A DNA stretch of 64,000 nucleotides from Ylistrum balloti. Lineage: Eukaryota. Below are positions 48,401 to 62,600 of this stretch, in pieces. The stretch is from positions 930,001-994,000 of the forward strand of contig NW_026782152.1 of assembly GCF_031769215.1 (NCBI RefSeq). Direction: 5' to 3'. Position 1 is the first letter of the stretch; each line of letters starts with the position of its first letter. The notes beneath the pieces are model-generated. The model had not been told where the DNA came from and ran no database searches. It worked only from the letters and a program-made list of their open reading frames with translations. Made by a program: the position numbers and the translations under genes.

Positions 48401-51400
48401 CCAGTTTTTGGAAAGTCAACGGCATCTGAGTGTTTCCTCGACAGATTGATGCATTCCTCACAGAAGATATCTTTAATATCTGCATGGACAACGTGTGCAT
48501 TAGCAATAACGCCAAGCTGATCATTTCTAATGTACTCTGATATAAAATGTGTGACATCTGATACTTGGACTGGTCGGGGTAATTTTGATTTGTTCGGAAT
48601 TTGGAAGTCCATAGCTGTTTTGTTTTCCCCTAAGGGATGCATCTGCTTATCCCAGCACACAAAGTACATATCTCCATCTAAGTCTGAACCAGACATCTCG
48701 TCTGGATGTGGTCGATGTCCTTTTTGAGGAAACACGATGCAATCAACGTGGTGATGCAATCCAGGCACATCCACTGCCTTAAACTTCCGCAGATCTCCTG
48801 GATGGAAACAGGGGTTTTTAGCAACGACAACTTCGGTGTCAAGAATTGTTATACCTCTGAAATTCATCCCGTCGTGCTGTGTGTAAGAGACAAAGATTTG
48901 TCCGTACTCCAATGTCCCCGTTTCGTCAGTAGTGCCCATCATGCTCCTTCCTTGATCATAATCTATCTCGATTCTCGTCTTTCGAATCAACTCGGCGAGT
49001 TTGCGTTTGTATATTGTCATTAATATTGACCTAAAGAACGCCTCGTCAATAAAAGAAATCCCAGCCCTCATTAGGTCCATGTACTTCATTCCAATGTTGA
49101 CCTGTAAGGAACAACAACCCAACTAACAAGATTTGTCGGATAAAGTGAAACTGCAAAGGACCGAAGAAACATCAGAAATAAAGACCAAGATGTATATGAT
49201 GAAGTTAATTATTTTCAAAATTAACAACGAGGCTGACAAATTAACATGTCTTCTTTTAATACTTTAAACGATGATGCATGTTTGTAATAGCTTGATGAAG
49301 GAAGAGTGTTATTTTTAAGGAAGGCATAAAGGAAACAATGAGTTTGCTTATAAAGTGGATGTTCAATGTATATATTTTCAGTGATTTTATATCATCTCAG
49401 AAAAAAGAGAAAACATAATCCACCGAGAATACCAACATTTACAATATTTCAAAGCTGATATTCATTATTCCTGTAATCAAAACGTTTGTGAGACGTTCTG
49501 AAAATACAAAGATGAATGTTAAATATCCAACACTACAGGTAATTCATTTACTTTAAACATCTTTAAATCAGTCTCCAAAAGTCATTATATACTAGAAAAT
49601 GTTTTGCCCCATTTAATTTTGACAAAATATTGATTTACATAGTCTTAATCGAGTCTAAATAATTTTACAACTTAGAAACAAAAACACTCTTTAAAAGCAA
49701 CATGAAATGTGGCGAATCCGATAACGAGCGAATTTTATGCAAAATGAAGTTTAGACTGCCGTTAACAAATCCCAGCAGCTTATAAACCTGAACTCACATT
49801 TTCAAATCTGTATCTATGATAAAATTAGCACCTGTTCAGATCTCTTACTAAAACTTACATTTGACCATTCTCTTTCACTAATACGTATCTTGTAGTTTTA
49901 TAATTGGATCATAATTAGTACGATTACAAGATGACGACCTGTAATTTTATCAAAGGGAGGTGCCTTAGTTTTCGATATTTTTTCCGTCACATATTGGTTT
50001 GGTTTGGAGCGTTCTTGATTATAATTATAACTACTACCTATATATCTCTTAAAAGTAAGTCATTGTGATAACAAAATGATTCCGGTGACGTTAACAATAC
50101 TTTAAATTATTTAGTTTTCGCGAATACTCTATTTGCAAATTTACCTTTTCAGACATATTGGCAAATACATGATTTCGCGAACGCTGATCTCAAAATGGCT
50201 TAAAATTCGCGAATGGTGGTGCTATCAGAGACCTAGACTCCGATATTGGTAACCAAAGAATGAATATTTTATTTACTTACAAATAATCGCGAACGGATTT
50301 GAAGTTGCGATTGACGCGAAATTAAATCCCAAGCGAAATACAAGTTATTTGCAGTAGATGGCATGAGCAAATTGATGTGTTTTCTCCCATTTTCAGAAAT
50401 TGAATAATTCGGCTGTATCGGAGAATGAGTGTACATGTCAGCTTACACCAATGCTGAGAGCTATTATCTTATAAACTGTTTAGGGAACTCACCTCGGATA
50501 GCGCACGTAAGGCCCTCTTATTTTCGAGCAGCATGTCAGCAATGTTAAAAAGCATCTTCTCTTGAAGCGACATGAAAACGTTGTCTGGGACTCCCAGTCC
50601 TGACATCAAAGTGATCACTTGTCTGTTTAAGTGCAACTGACCTGGTGATTTGAAATGAAATTGATACATTGGAAATATGTTTACAGATTACAAAGATGAC
50701 AATTAGATTAATTTCAGTTAATTATATATACCCGGTATATTTCATTTTGATGAACAAAATATTACCAGGATGAGTTGTCTGCAATATTTCTAGGTTTTTA
50801 GAGGGAGATTCGAATTTGCGCATGCTGCCACGGATATGGATTTGCTCTGTCTTTCCAAGAGTGGGATCCATGGCGATTACACCTTTGCAACCACCGTAGC
50901 GGATCTGAAATGCCGAAGGCACCGGATCCATCTTCAAGGAACCAGCAACCTAAAAACGCGTGAAAATTGAAAAAAAGAATTTAAAGAAAGAAGATTATAC
51001 CTAAGAAAGTATGCTTTTGAATCACATATTTTCTACTAATCTTGATGTTACATAGATTTTTCGGTATCCTATTTATTCTCTGTGAATTTTTTGATTGGTG
51101 TTGGAGTTATATAGAAAAATGAATTAAACATATTGATAGACACGATCGTAAGCGAACATTTTTTCACTTATTTTACTTAAAAATCATATAAAAGCTATAC
51201 AAAAAGGGAAAGATTACAGATGAAGATGAATTCGCCTACGATACCTTTTTCGCTAAGGGTACTGAAATCTTCCCTATGCCATCTGTGAAGCAGTAGGATC
51301 CCAATTTCACGTCATCAATGAACTTAACTGAACCGCGATCTACATCAACCTCCACAGTAGCTCGGGATGCTGAGAAACATAATCCCATGCGAGACACATA

Positions 51401-53483
51401 CGTGGCAACACATGTCTCTTTAGTCAGATCACCAGCCGCGAACCTGATGCTTTCTGCCGTCTCACCGTTGTTAGGACAAACGAACCACACTCCATGTTCA
51501 CGTAACTGACTGTTTGAGCAGGCTAAAAACTCGTACTTTCTATCGCCAATTTGGAATCCATGGTCCATAAATTCTTGAAGACGATTTGTAATGTTTTTGA
51601 ATCCTTCTGAACGAGTTGCGCTCAGTCTAGTGAAATCTTCATCACGGAATATCACGCGGACGAAAAAGTCGTCATCGTACTTTCGAATAATCCTGTTTTG
51701 AACAATCGGTTCTTTCCGGAGTGGAATCATACGAGTTGGAGTGACAACTATTCGTCTTGTCATAGAAAAGTGAGATGGAAGTTCTTTTCTCTCATCTGGA
51801 ACGCTCAAATGGTCAAATCTCTCTTGGCTTTTAGTAAGAATTCTATCGAATTCAAAAAATTGGCTGTTGTCAGCACTGCTTGTCATTTCCTGGAATACCT
51901 CCGGAATCAGTACAGATTTCTTTTGCTCCAATAACGCCAATGACTGTTCTGTTATAGCGTCTGTCACTTTAAAGCCACAAGCGAGGAGACTTTCCCACGC
52001 ATAGTTAAGATCGAAAGTGTCGAATTTTATTTTATTAACTTGACGATTCTCGGGGTCTTTGACGGACACATTGGCATAGGAAATTGAAAATCCATGCCTT
52101 TTCAATCTTGCCATAAGTGTCCACATGCTATTTTGGTCTGTGGATGTCGATGGCGACGGTTGTTCTTTCTTGTTATCAGGCACATCTAAACATAGAACAG
52201 AGGTAAAGCCTATGTTTTCTCGCGTGACAGAAGTGAGATGGACCATCCTTTTCTCTTCCATCTGGTCAGATTTAGGTCTTTTAGATTTTTCGATAATTTT
52301 CGGTGGATATTTTAGTCCAACATAAATGTGCCAGGCATTTCTGTTGTGATGTGCTATCATAGTGTCGCTTAAAATACTGTAAGCTATTTCCATGACTTCT
52401 TCGGTGCCAAAACCGCGTTTCCGGGTAACAGATAAAAGTTCATTATCATGTTCAAAAGTGACTTGCACTGTGCCAGCTACCGACCAGTGCTTAATGAATA
52501 CAGTTGGCGATATCATGGCACCTCCTGACACCACACTATCGACACTACTAACAGACGAAAGCTTGTTGGATATCTGGTAAGCCCGACGTTCTGCAGGGAT
52601 AACTTCCATCCATGCTAACTTCTCGGAATCTTCCTGGTAATTAAACCAAGCACGAAATAGCAATGTTTCAAGATCCTGTACAATGGTTCCTTTGGGCAGG
52701 TCAAGCGTCGACTTTAAACTTTGATTACAATCAGCAAAACATTTCTCGCCTGTAATATTAAATTTAAATGACATTACAACGGGTTTGAGTTCGAAAACTC
52801 TATCAATATCAAAGGAAATACGGATAAAAGCATATTGTGGTACATAGTTACGAATGAGATATAAACAATGTATGACTCTCACCTTCTTCGTCTGGTTTTT
52901 GTTTAACGACTGTGACGTTTGACGGAAGATAACTGTGGAGAAACCGCCTTGCAGACTCATTATTAGACAAATAGTGGAATATAACATCGCACAGACCATG
53001 GTAGGTGTGCCTTTGTTCAGGTGTTTTACTCGGTGCTTTTTGTTTCTTCCTATTCTTCCTACTTGGTAGTTTCGGCTTCTCCTGCTTTGATGTTTGTTGA
53101 TCTTGGTTTTGAGAAGATGATGAATTGTTGGTAGTTTCGGCTTCATTTTGGGATGCTAATGGATTGTTCGTAGTTTCGGCTCCATTCTGGGATGCTAATG
53201 CATTGTTCGTAGTTTCTGCTCCATTTTGGGATGCTAATGGATTGTTCGTAGTTTCGGCTCCATTCTGGGATGCTGATGAATTGTGGGTAGTTTCGGCTTC
53301 AAGTTGGGATACTGATGAACCGTGGGTAGTTTGATGCTCTGTAGAATCTGGTTGAGGCGTTGGATCCTCCGTTTTATTCACAGTTTCTCCATGCTGTAAA
53401 AGTATCTTTCGCGTTTGGTGATTGGGAGGATCCTCAGAAGGGTCTTTGAAACGTGCTTCCTTTTGCTCCTGTTGTGATTCCAT
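45475..53483 (-). CDS. Cellular (eukaryotic) RNA-dependent RNA polymerase, RDR/EGO-1/QDE-1 superfamily, ~2021 aa, with a long C-terminal extension
   Basis: Exons 53483-52883, 52749-51245, 50949-50766, 50641-50493 and 49101-45475 (GT-AG, phases 1,0,1,0; 6066 nt in frame). Motifs: FLACSNSQLREHGVWF, RMGLCFS, YCFTDGIGKIS, PSAFQIRYGGCKG, LNRQVITLM, KNPCFHPGD, catalytic SGSDLDGD (DLDGD at 48684-48670), KHSDAVDFPKTG, KYPDFM, ASAWY, SFPW. Confidence 0.96.
50098..50356. mobile_element. Degenerate MITE-like element in RdRP intron 4
   Basis: Imperfect termini TACTTTAAAT / ATTTGCAGTA and several internal TTCGCGAA/CGCGAAA motifs in otherwise CpG-poor intron. Confidence 0.4.
53118..53330 (-). repeat. Coding 39-bp tandem repeat (~5 copies, AETTNNxLASQNG) in RdRP exon 1
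   Basis: Repeating GTAGTTTCGGCTCCATTCTGGGATGCTAATG.ATTGTTC on the + strand; 13-aa periodicity in the translation. Confidence 0.85.
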
Positions 53484-54294
53484 GACAGAAAGTTGACTAC
53501 TAATGCCTCGTCAGATGATGGAACCTTCATTAATATCACCAAATGTCTCCATTATCCCAGGCATTTTTTATCTCTGGTGATCAGGTGTGATCTTGGCCAT
53601 GGTCTGTTGTACATCTCATTTCGGCAAATCTTCAACAAAGAAAATGGATCGTTGGGATGTTATTGTAATACGTATATCAAATTGTAGCAATAGCAATATG
53701 TAATATATTCATAACAGCGAGATTAATTCTAGTTGTCTTAAGATCAGTTTATCACACCAGGTATAGGAAAAAAAATCTGATAAGTATTTATATAGAAAAG
53801 CCAATTTCTATGTTAATGACTGTAACGACTGTACAACTGATTTGAGGAAATTAGACTGAATTAGATTATCTAACTTCACGGGGACATTGTACAAATTTTA
53901 CACACGCTATTTAAATTCAAATCCAAGCTGAATGGAGATTTAACAATAGCTAAGTAAGCGCTTCATTTATTTTAAATACTATAAAATCAATTTGATTACC
54001 GATGATGAGTAAAGTTAATTTAAGATCAATATAACCAGATTATACTATTAATAAATAAAAATAGTATTGACACAATTTCTTCTTTGTATGTTTGGAAAGA
54101 TACTTCTTGAATAAATTGTGTAAATAAGCAAATGTACGCAGTTTAGAAAAAGCCTGTGTTTGGGACTGATTTACAGTAACCTTTCAATCGGCATGGGAGG
54201 ATAGATTTCATGATGTTTGTAAACACATTTTCACACAAAAGAACTGATATTTTGCAAATACAAACATAGGATAAAACTCAGCAAACAGGTAATA

Positions 54295-54469
54295 CAGTTG
54301 AACCTTGTTATTTCGAACTCGGCGGGACCATGAACAAACTTCGAGACAACGGAGTATTTGATTTAAGAAAGTTCGGATGTTTTTTGTAAAGTTAGGCAAG
54401 ATCGACAAAATGTTTTGAATCAAACAGAGCCTTCGAGTTATACATGATCGCGATAACAAGGTTCCACTG
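54295..54469. mobile_element. 175-bp Tc1/mariner (pogo/Tigger-like) MITE
   Basis: 17-bp TIR CAGTTGAACCTTGTTAT / CAGTGGAACCTTGTTAT (one mismatch). TA on the left flank and AA on the right. Confidence 0.7.
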
Positions 54470-57400
54470 AAAGTATGTTTTTGTTTCTTAAGCTTCAATA
54501 AACACCCTGGAGCTAGATAGTTAAGATACAGTAATATATGAATATTTCTTATCAGTTATAATAATAATATTGATAAATTAAAAAAAGCAATCTAATCGTC
54601 GCGTTATGTCGATGTTATGAAGGAAGGATATGTTTGTTCGTTTTGATGATTGATAGTATAACCGTAGTAAGCATGTCTTAATTATTGTTGTCAGCACGTT
54701 TTATCTAAGTGTACTGTGAACAAGTGACTAATCATCTTTTAATGTAACTTAATGTTGAAACAGATATTTTCCTTCAGTAAATTGACTTGTTGCGTTGATT
54801 TCCATATTTCTACCAGGGCTTTGTTATCATATGTGCCATCTAAATGTTTACATTTTTTTTCTTATCCGTCGAGAGTTGTCGTTGGTCGCTCGGTTTATTC
54901 CGTAACTATTGATCGGTATCAAACGGCACCGAGATCATCCGCCAGGGTTAACCGAACGAATGTATTGTATAGCAGTACCTTTGTAATACTTGATTTACAT
55001 ATCAACTTACACACTACTCGTGTACTTGGGCCTGGATGCACTCCGTGTTGTATATCTTATATATGAATAGCTTTGCCTATCGAAGCGTTGACAACATATT
55101 TGTACTCATACTAAAATATGCATAAACATGTTTCGTTCAGAAATTGGAAATATTAAAAATTAATATAGCATTACGACAATTCCGTGCGCTTTATCTTAAT
55201 TACTCAATATTAACAGAACATATTTGATATAAATACGTGTATTGTTAAAAAGGTTGTCGAATGTGTGCTGATTTTAAACAGCCGTCCACGAATTCACTCG
55301 AGTGTCGTCTTCGTGATGGCTGCCCGATCTCAATACAAAGATTTTTAGAACAGATATACACGTGTATTAATTATCTTCTGATGTGTAATATTAATAAGAA
55401 AATAAACTAAACAAATGATATAAAGAACCTACCTCTGTGAAGAGTCTTGATTTACCACTATTTTGATATATGAAACGTACATGTCACAGAATCGAAAACG
55501 AAACTAAATTAACTTCCGTACTCGGAATTCCAATGACGTAAGTTGTAACAGAATATAAAGAGAGACACTTTAATGTTAGTAATGGGAAGGCGAATAACAC
55601 TATCGTGGTATTTAATCGTACAGCAATTGATTTTTGTCGTTGAAAAGACCAAGGTTCGGCTGCCTAGGTATAATTAACCGAGTCGATGGTTAGCCCATAA
55701 AATCTAATTATTATGGAAGGGAGGTAACCACTACTTAAATATCTGTCTTGTACATTTAATGGTTTCGTTGAATATCATATATATTTTACGAGTATAATAG
55801 GATGTCTTTGCACTCGTGAAACATTCAAATAAATATGTTATACAAGATATATATAAATATGATATTCAACGGGAAAGCATTACTTTCTAAAACTTCATTT
55901 TATAAAGGGGAAACATAAAAAAGGAAGTCGATCCAAACATAAGAGAAAGAGTTGTTTGAGAAATATAAGCACGTGCTTTGACGTCAAATAGTTATGGGCT
56001 ACACTTGAAAAACAAGACGACGCCATTTTGAATAAAGGCTGATTGTATTATGCTGCTATCTGGTAAGACCCGCTTACAAAACTGTTTTGTTATACAAAAT
56101 CGGAGAGAGCCAGAAATGTACGCTGGAATTATTTGATAGAAAACCTTATTCAATCCTCGCTTCGAGACCAAAGAGCAAAATAGGTGCGTTTCCATGCAGT
56201 TACTAAGACGTATTCCTCTGGTTAGTCAAATTAGCGAAAGTTACATGTATATCATCAATGGAAAAGTTATATCATCTCTAGTAATGATATAAGAATTATT
56301 GTATCATCACTGTAGTAATGCCCTTATTTTTTTTTAACAAATTAAGAAATTCCTATATTTCACTGGCAAAATTGCAATAAATGATTATGATGTATATGGG
56401 TCTCTTCGGGAAAAATCAGACATGTTAAACCAATTCTTGCCATAGTTGTCGTTCCTTAACAGTCACAATATAACTCTGTTAACGACTCACTGGCTACCAA
56501 TTGTTGACCTCGCTGTCAGGGTTGAAGTTTAAAGTTTGAAAAGTATTCTATTTCTTTGTGTGATATAGAGCTGGGTGTGTTTGATGCTCGTTAGTATAAC
56601 ATATCAAGATGTACAACCAATTCGCCTATTCCGTATTACTCACACAAACATGAAAATGAAAGTTCCAGCAAATTAACAAGGGTAAATACAACTATATTGA
56701 TATAAATTTGTCTTGTAAATTTGGCGTCATACATTGTATGGGAATACTTTCTTAAACATGTTGTACCAAAAAAAATCATTCAATAAAAACTTAGAATAAG
56801 ACACATTATAATTAATGAATTAATCTACATCATGCAGTCATTTTCCCCGAGACTTATCAGTGGTGTCAAGGGTCTAAATATAGTTTAAGAAACTAATCTC
56901 ATTTTGGCATAGTTTGTCTTCAGTGATGGGAAGGGACTAAATGTTATAAAGACATAGAAGGGCATAATGAAAGGAAAGAAATCATTCTAGTTATGACATA
57001 GTTTGGCAATGGGATTGCGCTTAGTTCCAAATGTAAACCTTAATGATAAAAAATGTACTTATGTATGTGTGAACGAATAATTTTGCTTTGATACGCCAGA
57101 TGGAATGTTTTCATTATTCATTGAAGTCGATCCTACCTTTACCTTTCTTCCATGTACAGCCTTTGATATTGCTTTTGAGTAAAATATGTATTTATGTATG
57201 GTTACCTACTAAAGAACACAAGTTCTACATCATGTATTATAACTTATCTAACAGGCATTAAAACCGACAGATGTTTCTTTCTACCCACACCAATATAGTA
57301 AATCATACATACTGTAAAACCAAAAATTTTAGAGGGGCTTTTGTTTTCTTTTGGTCTAAGGATAATATTTAACAACGAATTCATATGTCGGCAAACTTTT

Positions 57401-59613
57401 AAAATTTGTAAATGTGTATTTATTAAACCATACTCATCCACGTTGTGAAATTCCGCGAAAAAGTACCAAAATCTATGATTTTTTTATATTCATGTCATCT
57501 TGTTTCTTGCGTTTTCACAAATCACCTTAGCGGTATATTGTCCTTTTTTCGTCTCTAACACGATTCATAATTATTAATTGGTGATTGTGCTTTGTGCTTG
57601 TTAATACCATCGGTTGATTTGACGTGCAAATGTACTTCTAAACCATAAAGAGACCGAATCCAGCTAAACAAAAAGATAAGATTAGAATGTCATTTGATTT
57701 ACCAATAAAATTAAGTCCCCATATAAGTTATAGGCAGCATATGGTGCATTACACTCATGTTAAAGGGATAAGCAATTTAATGCGATTTATTTACGTTGTA
57801 AGTAGTTGAACATTGCATTGACATCAGATCGTAACTGAACAGGTGGTTGTCAGTGGGTTGTAATATATTTGAATATTCTTGCGAGCAATATCTATTACCA
57901 TTTTAGACCAAAAAGTTACATACCAAATTGGGAATGGTTCTTTTCCTTTTATAAAAAACAAGAATTATGTCGGTAACAATAATATTTGATTACAAAACTC
58001 AATTATTTCACTTGTTTTACCGGAGAAAATATAACATTTAAAAGTGGGCAATGATTGATATAACCAATAACAGTGTTTTATTTTCTTATCTGAAATCAAT
58101 AGTAGTTAAGTAATGGATGTGTTATCATCGTTCAGAATACAGGTTATTTATAGGAATATCAATTTTCCTGGTTAACTGCTTTTAACTGCTTAAAAAGGAA
58201 CTTTCACCGATAAGATTCTTATTGGTATATAAGTTTGTTTTATGAATTCTCGCAAGTGGTCAAAGAAACTTCAGAAAAACACATACATAGTTACAGTCAA
58301 ATAAAGTAATTTATTATTTATGTACATTTTATTAAAACAAATAATGTCCTGTATTAGGTAAAATTTCACGCTTCACGGCTTTCCGAAAGTGACGAAGCTT
58401 CTCGAGCAATAAACGGGAAATGGTGTGGCTTTAAAATTACCTTGATTAGTTTTTCGTACGTTACAGTTAACATAATTACTTGATATGTTTGTGAAGTTTA
58501 TCTTAATGACATAAGATTTACATAGATGAGTTATTTTTTTCCACAGGTAAAAAAATTTTTTCAACCATTCAACCGGTCAGTTCTCAATCCGTTCAGCAAA
58601 AGAGCTATTCAACACTGATCAAATATTCAGTTTGTTGGGTTTGTTTTTAACTATGTCATAAACAACATTTTTTACAACTAATTGTAGGTGTTGTAAACAA
58701 CACGCTTTCCAAACTTATTTTTGGCAATTCGTAATGAAATAAGTTATCATATATAAACAAAATGTAAATTCATAAGCGAATTTATTGAATTTATATACTT
58801 GCTTTGAAAAAACAACAGCATATCAAATTTGATAATCAAGGATACATGCTTTTTTTATCTAAAGAAAAAAACATTATAGAATATGTGCAATGTATATTTT
58901 TAAAAAATCCTGAGAGTTGACCACTTAAATAATACGTTTTCTGAAGTGCGAAATATAGACTAAATATCAAGATTAAAAACAATTATGACATGTGACAAAT
59001 TCGCATGATTTGGCTGAAAAAATGCATTCACTATTCTGCACAAGGTCGTATCTGGTAACGAATATAAGCACACGTCCAGTTTAAGACAGGAGAATTGTAG
59101 TAAAATGTATATCGCAGTCAAGCACATGATTGGATGGATTTCAGGTTGTTGATTTCCTCTTCAAGCTCCACTATGTTGTAGCATTTATAGTATTGACTAT
59201 TGGTCATAAAAATATGGTATCATCCTTCATCAGGTCGGACCCTACCTTTCTTTGCGTTATTGCTAAACGAACAACGTTTGGTATTTCTTCTCAGTAAAAG
59301 ACGTACTTAGCATTGTTATTTATACCGAAAAGTATGTTTTACAACAGGTATTATTGCCTGAAAATCTGGTATTAACCGACAGGTGTTCCTTTCGTCCCAC
59401 AACATTTTTTATACGTAAATTAAAGAAAGTGTTGTGTACTTTATTGTCCCTTTATGAAAGATTTAATATCTTCGTTTTTCAACCAGATTTTCATTTTCAA
59501 TACTGGCTATTTCTTTCTGTCAAGTTGGGCATTCCTTGACTATACAAAAATTCAAGCAAGAGTCAGAGACAGATGTTAAATATATGTTTGTGCATGCGTA
59601 GTCGTTGTCGATG

Positions 59614-59620
59614 TATAAAA
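59614..59620 (+). promoter_or_regulatory. TATA box of the EGF-repeat gene
   Basis: TATAAAA starting 46 bp upstream of the ATG at 59660. Confidence 0.55.
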
Positions 59621-59659
59621 GCCTTGCATTCCGTCAAACCTAAACTAAACCTGTGAAGG

Positions 59660-62600
59660 ATGTTTCCACTTCCATTCGTGGCGTTTTCTTTCTTTTTTGG
59701 AATACAAAATACTCTGGCATGTACGTATATCAAAGTGTGTTTAGATATATAAATATATATATAAAAAAAAAGAGAAAATTTTGGAAGTATTACATTATCT
59801 TAGTTTTGAGACAGTGACAATATTTACTTTGCTAAACGATTACTTTTTTTACCACATTTTTAAGGGGATAATTGTCATGGCGCCTGTTCCAAAAACTCCT
59901 GGTGTGACCCTGACGACAATAGATGTAAATGCAGTCCTGGCTATTCCGGGGATCCGTACTGCTCTACTGGATGTGTCCAAGGTAAGACAAATGATACTTG
60001 TGTTTATATATCTTTCTATGAGCATGAATCGTTAATTATATTCTGTACAATTACACGTGATCGCTTCTTGTGGACTTACATTTACAAAATAATGTTTTAT
60101 GTAGCATTCATTTTCTGAAACAAGTTAGCATTTCAAAAAGCGTAAAGAAATAAATGCGAAAAAGCTGTATACTATTTTTTTTAAATAGCATTAAGGTAAT
60201 GACCATTTTCTATTTAAAGTTTCTTTGCAACACATGACTTTGGTTTTTACAAATGTCATTGTAAACTGAATTATATTAATATAATGCAAATAAAGACTTT
60301 TGAATTAACATGCAGGTTTCAGCATATTCAGAAACGTTTTGTAATATATGTATAACAAGGTTTAAAAATAAAACACTTTCTAAATCGAATATATAAATAA
60401 AAAAATGGACGAACAGATTAACTAATGGTTAAAGTTAAATCTGTTTTAATAAACTGGAACATAATAGGAATCAAAAGTTGATTCTAATAGAAATTACCAA
60501 CGTATCTTTTAAAGCTGAAACAATTAAAACACCCAAAGACACATAAAATGATTTGAAGACTATATTGATCTCAAGTTTGATTTATAAATACTTACAAAAT
60601 CACATAACTGATCTACTGGAGCTAAACAATGCATTGAACTGCATCAAACAGCTCTTTCGTCCTTCTAGGACACGTCAGTGATACTAAGGGCCTAAATTAT
60701 AAACCAAGGAGGCGACTGAGGACTATCCAACGTGATCGAATGAAATATCGAAACTATCTTGATAAACAAGCGGTAACCAGAGTTGTACACGATGTCTAAA
60801 AAATATTGTTTTGTATGTGATTGTGTCTTGGCCGTTATATATTTATTACATTTTTTCTGAATTTAGACAGCATATTAGGTATACTTGTTGATATCAGTGA
60901 ATATATAATGAAAAAGACAGCAATGCGATACATACATGATAAGAGAGCAAGTGTTTTTTTCTTGATTTCAGATCCTAAACTACCCCGGTGTTGTGAAAAT
61001 GCTATTCGAATAGATTCAGTGTGTGTGTGTAAGACTGGGTATATAGGCGATGGGTTTAGTTCTTGCGACCCAGGTATGTGTTCCATATAAACATGACAGG
61101 AAAAACTACAAGACTACATAACAATAGGACATGTTTTATTAAATGAAATGATGCGATGAATGGCATTCCAAAGAAATGGACAATATAAAAATTGCATTTC
61201 TTTGTATCAAAGTCTATATAGAAAATAATCTTCATAAATGGGATAATTAATTAATGTTTCATTTGATTAAAAAGTTTTTGAAAATCATTTCTGTAGGAGT
61301 TCGTACAACAAGTTCTAAATTAAGTTGGACTTTAAAGACTGAAAACCTTCCCAATAATATTGTCTGAAATGTATATCAATCATAAAGTTTGTTTTAATAA
61401 TTTTTATTTCCTTTGTTTGTGCTAACAGAACGAAGTAAGACACGATTCCGATACTCTGTCTTTGTTGTCGTGACGGTAACGAACTATCGCGAACGCAAAT
61501 ATGTGGTGTTACTTATTCGGCGTCACCAACATTTTACTTTGAATTTTTTAATATAAATCTTGCTTTTAAAAGGTCCAGACTCAAAAGGAAGATCTGATGG
61601 CATAAAATATAGCGGACATTTAAACATATCCATCCTGTAAAGAGTATCTTCCAACGTTTACTGTGAACGGACTCTGAAAATTAGGGATGCTGAAAAACTA
61701 GACCTATGATTTTCGTGTTAGGTCAGGTGACCTTAACAAATAAGTGATAGTCCAAAATAAGTTAACATGATAACTGATGACGATGATTGGTGATACATTG
61801 TTGTAGTAATGATGATAATAATGATGATGATGGCAGTGTTGATGTATTGATAATGGTGATGATCGTATATTCATAACAAAAATGTTCAATTCCAGTCCCG
61901 TGTTATGGTAAATGTAAGACAAATGCCTACTGTAGGACCTCGGACAACAAATGTTACTGTAAATCTGGCTTTACAGGGAACCCGTATGTTGGATGTCGAG
62001 GTATGTTAATATTCGATGATATGACACCATGCACTTTGCATGTTTTGCTCCTGAATTGAATATACAATTACAATATAAAAAGGCTGCCTGCTGTATATAA
62101 AATTTAGTATTTCCTACATACCAAATATGCTGAATTGCCAAGGTTTAATTCTTCGTGTTTGCTATTTAGAAATATTTCTGTTTCAGTCCCGTGTTATGGT
62201 AAATGTAAAGAGAATGCCTACTGCAGGACCTCGGACAACAAGTGTTACTGTAAATCTGGTTTTACTGGGAACCCGTATGTAGGATGTAGAGGTGAATAAA
62301 GTAGCAACAGAAAAATACGCCCTGATATCATTGGTCACAATTGCTTTCTAAATAAACGAATTTTGTTAATTTGTGTCTTTCGTTTCCAATTCAATATAAT
62401 CTGTATTCACATTCTCCAGAACTTTCATTATTCCTTTTATTGAATCAAATCAATTGTATTTTTAGTGAAAATCATCGTATTTTTTTTTCAAGAGCTTCTT
62501 TTTTTGTTATCAGTCCCGTGTGATGGTAAATGTAAGACAAATGCCTACTGTAGGACATCGGACAACAAATGTTACTGTAAATCTGGATTCATAGGGAACC

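Noticed and set aside
52750-53146. N-terminal ~130 aa of the listed 636-aa ORF (MKPKLPT..)
   Set aside because: It is an alternative frame of exon 1 plus intron 1. A phase-1 donor at 52882 and acceptor at 52750 join the MESQQ frame to exon 2, and the paralogue has an acceptor at the same position.
45475-53483. Viral or endogenous viral origin of the RdRP
   Set aside because: It has spliceosomal introns and the DxDGD double-psi-barrel motifs of cellular RdRPs rather than viral GDD palm motifs.
10856-53483. Functional clustering of EED (PRC2) with RdRP as an RNA-guided H3K27 methylation module
   Set aside because: They are ~26 kb apart (17 kb for the pseudogene) with unrelated sequence between; animal gene neighbourhood alone is not evidence without conserved synteny.
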